From IMG/VR virus record IMGVR_UViG_3300024346_000005: 64,000 nt of DNA; one strand, given 5' to 3'. The notes beneath the pieces were generated by a model. That model did not search any database. It saw only the letters and a program-made list of their open reading frames with translations, and had not been told where the DNA came from. This DNA is from a virus. Its lineage: Duplodnaviria > Caudoviricetes. Position 1 is the stretch's first letter. Each line of letters starts with the position of its first letter. The translations under genes were made by a program, and so were the position numbers. Shown here piece after piece: positions 20,160 to 27,952 of this stretch.

Positions 20160-20167
20160 TATAAATA
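20160..20167 (+). promoter_or_regulatory. Late promoter of the endonuclease gene
   Basis: Exact TATAAATA. Confidence 0.7.
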
Positions 20168-20189
20168 GGAGTATGAGTGGATATTTTAA

Positions 20190-20747
20190 ATGGCATATAT
20201 TTACAAAATAACCAATTTAAAAAATAATAAAATTTACATTGGTTTTACAATAAATGAAATTGAAGTAAGGTTAAGGAATCATATAAGAGCATCAAGACAA
20301 AATAAAGAAAGACATACATATCTCCATTCGGCAATTAGAAAGTATGGTGAAAAATTTTTTATAGTTGAAGAAATAGAGAGTGGTGATGATAAAAAACTTT
20401 TAAATGAAAGAGAAAAATATTGGATTGATTATTTTAAACCAGATTATAACCTAACAAAAGGTGGAGATGGTTGTTTAGGTTATAAGCATTTGGAGGGGAC
20501 AAAGTTAAAAATAACTGGGTGCCCAAAAGGAGCAAAACAAACTTTGAGTGAAGAACAAAGAGATATTCTTTCCAATAGAGCAAAAATGATGAATGAGAAG
20601 AAGGGAAAGGGATATAAATTAAATGTTAGTGAAGAAGAGAGACAAAGAAGGAGAGAAAATATGATTAGAATTAATAAAGAAAGAAAAGGTCAAAATACAA
20701 CTTTAAATAAAAAAAGAGATGATAAGGGTCGGTTTTTATCGAAATAA
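20190..20747 (+). CDS. Free-standing GIY-YIG homing endonuclease
   Basis: AYIYKITNLKNNKIYIGFT, EREKYWI, YNLTKGGDG; inserted between uvsY and uvsW. Confidence 0.85.
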   Translation: MAYIYKITNLKNNKIYIGFTINEIEVRLRNHIRASRQNKERHTYLHSAIRKYGEKFFIVEEIESGDDKKLLNEREKYWIDYFKPDYNLTKGGDGCLGYKHLEGTKLKITGCPKGAKQTLSEEQRDILSNRAKMMNEKKGKGYKLNVSEEERQRRRENMIRINKERKGQNTTLNKKRDDKGRFLSK

Positions 20748-20771
20748 ATATCTATAACTGAAATTTTGTAA

Positions 20772-22235
20772 ATGGTCAATTTGGTCATAGAAAAAAAGAA
20801 TGAAGTATATTTACATATTACTGCAGAACCTCATATTTATTATGAATTAAAGGACTCTTTTCAATTTGAAGTTCCTAATGCAAAATTTTCTCCTGCATAT
20901 AAAAATAAATGGTGGGATGGTCGTATATATTTGTTTAATGTAGACACAAGAGAAATTTATATTGGACTCTTAGATAGAGTGATTCAGTTCTGTAAAGACC
21001 ACGATTATACTTATGAATTTGTGAATAATAAGTTTTATGGACTCCCCTTTGAGATAAATGAAAATATTTCAAAAGAAGGTGTAAAGGATTATTTAAATTC
21101 TATTTGCTCCCATATTCCACGCGATTACCAAATTGAGGGAGTATACGACGCTTTAAAATATAATCGTAAATTATTGATATCTCCAACTGCTTCTGGAAAG
21201 TCTTTGATGATATATGGTATTGTGAGATATTATGTTGAGAAAGAACAAAATATTCTCGTAGTTGTTCCAACGACTTCCCTTGTAGAACAAATGTATAAAG
21301 ATTTTGCAAGTTATGGGTTTGATGTTGGTTCATACTGCCACAAGATATACGCTGGTAAGGAAAGAGAAACTGATTCCCAAGTTATTATTACCACCTGGCA
21401 GTCTATTTACAAACTTCCCAAGCAGTATTTTTCCAGATTTAATGTAGTCGTAGGAGATGAGGCACACCAGTTTAAATCCAAGTCATTAATATCTATAATG
21501 ACGAAACTTTGTGATGCAAAATATCGTTTTGGATTCACCGGAACACTGGATGGGTCTCAAACTCATAAGTGGGTTTTGGAAGGTTTATTTGGACCTTCAT
21601 ATAAGATTATTAAGACAGATGAACTGATGCAGAAAGGTCATCTTGCTAAATTAGATATTAAAGTTCTACTACTGAAGCATCCTCCTCACAGATTTGAAGT
21701 ATTTGAGGATGAGGTTCAGTATATTATTAATCACTCAAAGAGAAATAACTTTATTAAAAATCTTGCTCTTGATTTAAAGGGTAATACTCTTGTTCTTTTT
21801 GCCAGAGTAGAAGGGCATGGGCAACCACTTTACGAACTCATAAATAATAGCAAAACTGACAATAGACACGTATTCTTTGTTCATGGAGGGGTTGCTACTG
21901 AAGAACGAGAATTAGTTAGGGAAATTACCGAAAGAGAGAATAATGCAATCATCGTTGCTTCCTATGGCACTTTTTCTACTGGTGTCAATATCAGAAATCT
22001 TCATAATGTTATATTTGCTTCACCTAGTAAATCAAGGATACGAAATCTCCAATCCATCGGAAGAGTCCTGCGAAAAGGAGAAAACAAAGTAAAGGCAACT
22101 CTATATGATATTGCCGATGATATTAGTTACAAATCAAGAAAAAATTATACACTCAATCACCTTATTGAAAGAATCAAGATTTATAATGAAGAAAACTTTA
22201 ATTACGATATTGTAAATATACCACTTAAGGATTAA
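20772..22235 (+). CDS. uvsW: RNA-DNA/DNA helicase UvsW
   Basis: SPTASGKS, GDEAH, GFTGT, QSIGRVLR. Confidence 0.95.
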   Translation: MVNLVIEKKNEVYLHITAEPHIYYELKDSFQFEVPNAKFSPAYKNKWWDGRIYLFNVDTREIYIGLLDRVIQFCKDHDYTYEFVNNKFYGLPFEINENISKEGVKDYLNSICSHIPRDYQIEGVYDALKYNRKLLISPTASGKSLMIYGIVRYYVEKEQNILVVVPTTSLVEQMYKDFASYGFDVGSYCHKIYAGKERETDSQVIITTWQSIYKLPKQYFSRFNVVVGDEAHQFKSKSLISIMTKLCDAKYRFGFTGTLDGSQTHKWVLEGLFGPSYKIIKTDELMQKGHLAKLDIKVLLLKHPPHRFEVFEDEVQYIINHSKRNNFIKNLALDLKGNTLVLFARVEGHGQPLYELINNSKTDNRHVFFVHGGVATEERELVREITERENNAIIVASYGTFSTGVNIRNLHNVIFASPSKSRIRNLQSIGRVLRKGENKVKATLYDIADDISYKSRKNYTLNHLIERIKIYNEENFNYDIVNIPLKD

Positions 22236-22236
22236 T

Positions 22237-22644
22237 ATGGGAGAAGAGTTTTACTGTATTTTAAAATTAGTATCAAGTGAAGAGATTCTATCACTTATTA
22301 TGATAGATGAGAATGATGGCGATCCAATTATTATTCTACAAAATCCAGTACTTATGAAACCCGTAACAACCTCTACCGGTGATTCTTATGTGAAGATTAA
22401 GCCCTGGATAGAAATGTCTAGTGATGATATGTTCTTGATTAAACTTGATAAAGTTATTACGATGACTGAAACACAAGACGTTAAATTAATTCAGTTATAT
22501 GAACATTATGTAAGTGATGATTCAATAGAAGTATATAAACCGGCTGGAGAAGTCAAACCTTCATCAACTATGGGTTATGTATCTTCGGTAGAGGAAGCAA
22601 GAAAGAATTTGGAGAATCTCTATAAAGATAATAAAGAAAGCTAA
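22237..22644 (+). CDS. Conserved hypothetical small beta protein (possible Sm-like fold)
   Basis: 135-aa ORF coupled to uvsW; LKLVSSEEI..NP..PW pattern. Confidence 0.65.
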   Translation: MGEEFYCILKLVSSEEILSLIMIDENDGDPIIILQNPVLMKPVTTSTGDSYVKIKPWIEMSSDDMFLIKLDKVITMTETQDVKLIQLYEHYVSDDSIEVYKPAGEVKPSSTMGYVSSVEEARKNLENLYKDNKES

Positions 22645-22647
22645 GAC

Positions 22648-22676
22648 TTATCTTCAACGGGGACAAACCTAGTCTA
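22648..22676 (-). repeat. Copy 1 of a 29-30-nt element also present at 58921-58950 in opposite orientation
   Basis: Reverse complement TAGACTAGGTTTGTCCCCGTTGAAGATAA vs TAGACTAGGTTTGTCTCCGTTGAAGGATAA. Confidence 0.85.
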
Positions 22677-22722
22677 TACGGTTTTTCAATACTTGTCAAG
22701 CCCTTGCGGTATGTGCTATAAT
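22671..22722. promoter_or_regulatory. Overlapping divergent sigma70-type promoters sharing a near-palindromic -35 region (CTTGTCAAG)
   Basis: + strand TTGTCA-18-TATAAT (extended TG) toward gp55; - strand TTGACA-17-TAGACT. Confidence 0.6.
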
Positions 22723-22752
22723 AATTACAACTTATACTAAAAGTTCGATGCT

Positions 22753-23274
22753 ATGCCTAAAAAGAAATCAGAACATTATGTAAACAATAAAGAGTTATTA
22801 GAATCTCTTATTGTTTATAGATCTAAAGTAGATAAGGCAGCACAGAAGTATTTTGAGAAGTATGATAAGTATCCCCCTAAGTCTGGTGCTTGGGAAGGAA
22901 AACCTAGAATTCCAGATTATATTGGAGAATGCTTCTTGAAGATTGCCACTCACCTTTCATATAAACCCAATTTTGTAAATTATATGTTCCGTGAGGATAT
23001 GTGCTCCGATGGAATAGAGAATTGTGTTCAGTACATTCATAATTTCAATCCAGAAAGGTCTCAGAATCCTTTTGCTTATTTCACTCAGATTATTCACTAT
23101 GCCTTTTTGAGAAGAATTCAGAAAGAAAAGAAGCAACTGGAAATCAAGACAAAAATTATTGAAAGAACCGGTTATGATGAGGTTATGACAATTGATGACG
23201 GAGTGCTTTCTGGGAACAATAGTGAATACAACAGTATGAAAGACGCCATCCAGTACAGAAACGGAAACCGATGA
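22753..23274 (+). CDS. gp55: Late transcription sigma factor gp55
   Basis: HYVNNKELL, NYMFREDMCSDGIENC, NPFAYFTQIIHYAFLRRIQKEK. Confidence 0.95.
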   Translation: MPKKKSEHYVNNKELLESLIVYRSKVDKAAQKYFEKYDKYPPKSGAWEGKPRIPDYIGECFLKIATHLSYKPNFVNYMFREDMCSDGIENCVQYIHNFNPERSQNPFAYFTQIIHYAFLRRIQKEKKQLEIKTKIIERTGYDEVMTIDDGVLSGNNSEYNSMKDAIQYRNGNR

Positions 23275-23291
23275 TTTTTAGATATTATTTT

Positions 23292-23299
23292 TATAAATA
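23292..23299 (+). promoter_or_regulatory. Late promoter of the endonuclease-like gene
   Basis: Exact TATAAATA. Confidence 0.7.
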
Positions 23300-23323
23300 G
23301 TATCGTGGTAATAAAAAAATAGA

Positions 23324-24046
23324 ATGAATATTCTTTATAAAATAACATATCTTCCTCATCTAAAAAATCAAACTCCCCCTTATTATTATGTTGGATCGAA
23401 ATACAACTATGGTAAAAAATATTTCGGATCTCCGTCATCCAAACAAAAAGATTGGTATAGTGGAGACCTTACTATTTGTAAATGGTGGAAAGAAAAAATA
23501 AAAAATAATATAGATGATTTTTATTTTGAAATAATATCAGAATATGGTGAAATATCTCCTAAGCAATTAGTTGAGGAGGAGAAAAAAATTCATATGGAAT
23601 TAGATGTTAAAAATAGTAAAGAATATTTTAATAAATCTGTAGCAACTTCTGGGTGGGTATCTGTTCCAAGAACAGATAATACAAAGAAAAAAATAAGTGA
23701 GATTACCAAAAATTATTGGGATCAAAATAGTCAAAAAGCATTAGAAAGAAGGAAAGAATTGAGTGAAAGAAATAAAAAAATAAAATCTAAAGAATTAAAA
23801 GAAAAATGGAAAAATCCAACTGATAAAATGTTGGATAATTATGAAAGATTTGTCAATATGGCAAAAAACCAAAAAAGGGGGAAGGATAAATCTAAAAGAA
23901 AACAAAGGACCACCCAAAAAGTTTTTTGTTGTGGTATAATATACGAAGATGCCGTTGAAGCAAGTAAAGTCGTCGGCATAAATCCAGTCAATATTCGTCG
24001 CAGATGTAGATTAGAACAATATACCGATTGGTATTATTTGGAATAA
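23324..24046 (+). CDS. Putative divergent GIY-YIG homing endonuclease with C-terminal NUMOD1/HTH-like domain
   Basis: ILYKITY...YYYVGSK, KYFGS; C-term KVFCCGIIYEDAVEASKVVGINPVNIRRRC; inserted between gp55 and gp47. Confidence 0.65.
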   Translation: MNILYKITYLPHLKNQTPPYYYVGSKYNYGKKYFGSPSSKQKDWYSGDLTICKWWKEKIKNNIDDFYFEIISEYGEISPKQLVEEEKKIHMELDVKNSKEYFNKSVATSGWVSVPRTDNTKKKISEITKNYWDQNSQKALERRKELSERNKKIKSKELKEKWKNPTDKMLDNYERFVNMAKNQKRGKDKSKRKQRTTQKVFCCGIIYEDAVEASKVVGINPVNIRRRCRLEQYTDWYYLE

Positions 24047-24050
24047 AATT

Positions 24051-25088
24051 ATGAAAGTTGCAATTTTAACAGACACCCACTGGAGCGCCCGCAAAGCTTC
24101 AAGAAATCTTCACGACTATTTTCAATTGTTTTACGATAATGTTTTCTTCCCTGCTCTAGAAGAACACGGGGTAGAGACTGTAATTCATATGGGTGATGCC
24201 TTTGATAATCGTAAAAGTATCGATTTCTGGGGTCTTGATTGGACTAAAAAAGTAGTATTAGAACCTCTTAGAAAGTACCAAGTCCATATGATTGTGGGTA
24301 ATCACGATATTTTTCTTCGTAATTCTACTGAAATTAATGCTCCAGAACTACTCCTAAAAGATTACTCAAACATAAAGACTTATAGTTCCCCAACGAATAC
24401 AAAGGTTTGTGGAATTGATATGACTTTTATTCCTTGGATTTGTAGTGAAAACTATGATGAAACTCTAAAAGTTATTCAGAAGTCAAAGGCAAAGATTGCG
24501 ATGGGGCACCTTGAACTCAAAGGGTTTCGGGTTAATAAACATCTTGTAATGGAGGAGCATGGACTGGAAGCAAATCTTTTTTCAAACTTCAAAAAGGTAT
24601 TTTCTGGTCATTACCACACTCGTTCTGATAATGGAACTGTGTTCTATCTCGGTAATCCTTATGAAATGTACTGGACGGATGTAAATGATACTCGTGGATT
24701 TCATATCTTTGATACCGAAACTCTAGAGCATACTCCAATCAACAATCCTTATAAATTATTCTATAACATTTATTATGAAGATACTCCACATCAGACTTTT
24801 GATGCCTCCGAGTATTCTAATAAGATTGTCAAAGTAATCGTCCGTAAGAAAACCAAGCAAAAAGATTTTGAAAAGTTTATTGACAAACTCTATAAGATTG
24901 GTATTCAAGACCTGAAGATTGTTGAAAACTTTGAGATTCAGGAAAATGAAAACTTTGTAATTGATGAGGAAGAGAATACTATTTCAATTCTGAATCGTTA
25001 TATTGATGAATCCGAATATGACTTTGATAAGAGTACTATCAAGAGTATATTCCAAGACCTCTATAAACAAGCTTGCGAAGTGGAGTAA
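24051..25088 (+). CDS. gp47: Recombination endonuclease subunit gp47 (Mre11/SbcD-like)
   Basis: TDTH, GDAFD, GNHD, SGHYH phosphoesterase motifs. Confidence 0.94.
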   Translation: MKVAILTDTHWSARKASRNLHDYFQLFYDNVFFPALEEHGVETVIHMGDAFDNRKSIDFWGLDWTKKVVLEPLRKYQVHMIVGNHDIFLRNSTEINAPELLLKDYSNIKTYSSPTNTKVCGIDMTFIPWICSENYDETLKVIQKSKAKIAMGHLELKGFRVNKHLVMEEHGLEANLFSNFKKVFSGHYHTRSDNGTVFYLGNPYEMYWTDVNDTRGFHIFDTETLEHTPINNPYKLFYNIYYEDTPHQTFDASEYSNKIVKVIVRKKTKQKDFEKFIDKLYKIGIQDLKIVENFEIQENENFVIDEEENTISILNRYIDESEYDFDKSTIKSIFQDLYKQACEVE

Positions 25089-25089
25089 A

Positions 25090-25371
25090 ATGTTTCTTCT
25101 AACTCTTAAGGGTCGTAAAGATGATGGTGCATATGCCGTTCAAGACCAATATGGAGAAAAGGTTTTATTTTTATTTGAAGAAGAGGATGATGCCACTCGG
25201 TATGCTATGATGCTTGAGTATGATGAAGACTACGAAAAAGAAATGGAAATTGTGGAAGTTGATGATGAACTTGCCATAAAGACTTGTAAGCATAACAACT
25301 ACAAGTATGCCGTAATTACTACTGATGATATTGTAATTCCTCCTAAAAATGATAACCTTCAAAAAAATTAA
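25090..25371 (+). CDS. Small acidic hypothetical protein
   Basis: ATG 1 nt after the gp47 stop (MFLLTLKG...), 93 aa. Confidence 0.7.
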   Translation: MFLLTLKGRKDDGAYAVQDQYGEKVLFLFEEEDDATRYAMMLEYDEDYEKEMEIVEVDDELAIKTCKHNNYKYAVITTDDIVIPPKNDNLQKN

Positions 25372-27064
25372 ATGGAAGAACTTTCTTTCTACCGGACAGC
25401 ATTTTACGGAGATTGATTTCCAAAAGAATAATACAAACTTAATTATTGGAGCAAATGGTGCAGGGAAATCAACTGTACTGGATGCTCTTACTTTTGTTTT
25501 ATTCAATAAAAGTTTTAGGAAAATCAATAAAAATCAATTAATCAATCAAACAAACGAAAAGGATTGTTTAGTTGAGATTGAGTTTTCTGTCAATAGTCGT
25601 GATTATTTGGTTCGTCGTGGAATCAAACCAAATGTCTTTGATATTGAAGTAAATGGAAAACAACTTCATAAGGAATCTGATGACCGCATTAATCAAAAAT
25701 TACTAGAAGAAAATATTCTAAAGGTAAATTATAAATCTTTCACTCAGATTGTAATTTTGGGTTCCAGTACCTTTGTGCCTTTTATGCAACTTACGACTGC
25801 CAATCGTCGTGAGGTGATTGAGGACTTATTGGATATTCGGATATTCTCTACGATGAACACTATCATCAAAGAAAAGATTCGTACTAAAAAGGAAGAAATA
25901 AAATCTCTTGAGTTGAAGAAGCAAAACCTTAAGGACAAGGTTGAAATGCAGAAGAGTTTTATTGAGGAACTTGAGAATCGTGGCAATGCTAATATAAATG
26001 CCAATAAACGGAAAATTTCCGATTTAGATACTGAAGTCGGTACTTATATGACCGAGAATGCCAAGACTGAAGAAGACATTTTCAAATACACAAAAGAACA
26101 AGAGGAGGTTATTGGTGCCGCAGAGAAGTTAGGGAAACTCAATAATCTTAAGGGTAAAATCTCTCAAAAAGTATCTACGATTACTAAAGAGCATAAGTTT
26201 TTTAGTGAAAATACGGTATGCCCTACTTGTACTCAAGGTATTGATGAAAGATTTCGCCTAGATAGAATTGCAGATGCTCAAAATAAAGCAAAGGAACTCC
26301 AGAAAGGTTTTCAGGAACTTGAGGAGACTATGAAGTTTGAACAAGAACGAGAGCGTCAATTTCTAGCACTATCACAGGAGATTACGAAACTCAACCATGA
26401 GATTTCTCAAAACAATACTCGGATTTCACTCAGTCAGAGACAAATCCGAAACCTTGAATCTGAAGTTCAAACTATTACCGAACAACTTAAAAACAGAAAT
26501 ACTGAAAATGAGAAGTTAGAAGAGTTTAGAGATAATCTTCAAAAAACATTTGATGACCTTTCGGATAAAAAAGAAGAAATCGTTCATTATGATTTTGCCT
26601 ATTCCTTACTCAAGGATGATGGTGTAAAAACGAAGATTATTAAAAAGTATCTCCCGTTCATAAATCAGCAGGTGAATCGTTACTTACAGATGATGGATTT
26701 TTATATCAATTTCCATCTTGATGAAGAGTTTAATGAGAGCATCAAGTCACCCATTCATGAGAACTTTTCTTATGCTTCTTTTAGTGAGGGTGAGAAAATG
26801 AGAGTTGATTTGAGTTTGCTATTTACTTGGAGAGAAGTCGCAAGACTTAAGAACTCTGTAAATACAAATCTTTTGATAATGGATGAAGTTTTCGACTCAT
26901 CCCTTGATGGATTTGGAACCGATGAGTTTCTTAAGATTATTCGTTATGTCATAAAGGATGCTAATATATTCGTGATTTCTCATAAGACCGGACTTGAGGA
27001 CAAATTCCAAAGTGTCACAAGGTTTGATAAGAAGGCAGGATTCTCGTATAAAGTAGAAACATAA
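25349..27064 (+). CDS. gp46: Recombination endonuclease subunit gp46 (Rad50/SbcC-like)
   Basis: Walker A GANGAGKST, zinc hook CPTC, signature FSEGEK, Walker B LIMDEVFD. Confidence 0.95.
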   Translation: MITFKKIKWKNFLSTGQHFTEIDFQKNNTNLIIGANGAGKSTVLDALTFVLFNKSFRKINKNQLINQTNEKDCLVEIEFSVNSRDYLVRRGIKPNVFDIEVNGKQLHKESDDRINQKLLEENILKVNYKSFTQIVILGSSTFVPFMQLTTANRREVIEDLLDIRIFSTMNTIIKEKIRTKKEEIKSLELKKQNLKDKVEMQKSFIEELENRGNANINANKRKISDLDTEVGTYMTENAKTEEDIFKYTKEQEEVIGAAEKLGKLNNLKGKISQKVSTITKEHKFFSENTVCPTCTQGIDERFRLDRIADAQNKAKELQKGFQELEETMKFEQERERQFLALSQEITKLNHEISQNNTRISLSQRQIRNLESEVQTITEQLKNRNTENEKLEEFRDNLQKTFDDLSDKKEEIVHYDFAYSLLKDDGVKTKIIKKYLPFINQQVNRYLQMMDFYINFHLDEEFNESIKSPIHENFSYASFSEGEKMRVDLSLLFTWREVARLKNSVNTNLLIMDEVFDSSLDGFGTDEFLKIIRYVIKDANIFVISHKTGLEDKFQSVTRFDKKAGFSYKVET

Positions 27065-27075
27065 GCAAAAGGAAA

Positions 27076-27213
27076 ATGCAAGTACCTAACAGGCATCACC
27101 ACTCACGCAAGGAGCAGAAGCGGAAACTCAAACCGCAGGCACTCCGACAGGCAAAGGCACGACTCAAAGCCTTTAAGAAAAAGCACTCTTCGGAGTGTTT
27201 TTTTTATAAATAA
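27076..27213 (+). CDS. Small, highly basic protein (45 aa); absent from the ORF track
   Basis: Manually translated MQVPNRHHHSRKEQKRKLKPQALRQAKARLKAFKKKHSSECFFYK; AAGGA upstream. Confidence 0.55.
   Translation: MQVPNRHHHSRKEQKRKLKPQALRQAKARLKAFKKKHSSECFFYK
27181..27204 (+). terminator. UUCG-loop terminator
   Basis: AAGCACTC-ttcg-GAGTGTTT plus T run. Confidence 0.8.
27205..27212 (+). promoter_or_regulatory. Late promoter fused to the terminator T run
   Basis: Exact TATAAATA. Confidence 0.72.
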
Positions 27214-27231
27214 TTAGAAAGTTTTGGAAAA

Positions 27232-27870
27232 ATGAGAGAACAAGAAGTTAGAAATCTTTGGGAAGCATATCTGGAAGTTTGTGAAAATCAGCAACTTGAT
27301 GAAGTTTCTGATGAACTTGTAGGTAGAGCTGTAAATAAACGTATTGCTGCTACTGGTGCCGCAAATGATACGGAAATGAAAGACCGCACTCCTGAAAATA
27401 TGAGAGCTTCTGTGAGAGCTGGCGAAAAGGAAGCAAGTATGAAGACTGCTGCCGCTAAAAGAAGGAAAAGAATGAATAAAGAAGAAGTTGACCTCTTTGA
27501 CACCATTCTTGAGCACCTAGTTGCCGAAGGTTATGCCGATACAAATGAAGCAGCACTTGCTATTATGGCAAATATGAGTGAAGAGTGGATTGGTAGTATT
27601 GTTGAGGCAGTAGACCCAGACTATACGGGTCCATCTCAAGATCCGTTATCTAGAGCAAGCAGAGCAATTGGAAATGCTGTAAAGTTTGCTACGGGACAAC
27701 AAGCTGCGGAAGTAAGAGCAAAACAAAAAGGTGTTCCCGGAAATGTTGTTGTTAAGCAGTCTGGTCCCTTTTCGACAAAAAATGTTCCAACTAAGGGATC
27801 TTTTATTTCTGATACTGAAATGAGAAGGAGAGGTCAAAGTACACAACCAATGGGACCCATAGGAAAATAA
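27232..27870 (+). CDS. EAY/EGY-module paralog family member 1 (212 aa)
   Basis: N-term NLWEAY; module DLFDTILEHLVAEGYADTNEAALAIMANMSEEWIGSIVE at 27490-27606. Confidence 0.75.
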   Translation: MREQEVRNLWEAYLEVCENQQLDEVSDELVGRAVNKRIAATGAANDTEMKDRTPENMRASVRAGEKEASMKTAAAKRRKRMNKEEVDLFDTILEHLVAEGYADTNEAALAIMANMSEEWIGSIVEAVDPDYTGPSQDPLSRASRAIGNAVKFATGQQAAEVRAKQKGVPGNVVVKQSGPFSTKNVPTKGSFISDTEMRRRGQSTQPMGPIGK

Positions 27871-27871
27871 A

Positions 27872-27926
27872 CCACTTTCAAAACTGGCACACCAGAGGGT
27901 TTCACGACCCTCTTTTTTTGTATAAT
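27872..27926 (+). promoter_or_regulatory. Promoter with upstream CCACTT-N4-AACTGG motif, overlapping terminator hairpin and TG-TATAAT
   Basis: Motif 27872-27887; hairpin AGAGGGT-ttcacg-ACCCTCT; TATAAT 27921-27926. Confidence 0.6.
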
Positions 27927-27952
27927 AGGTTCATAAGACAAACGAACTCCTA

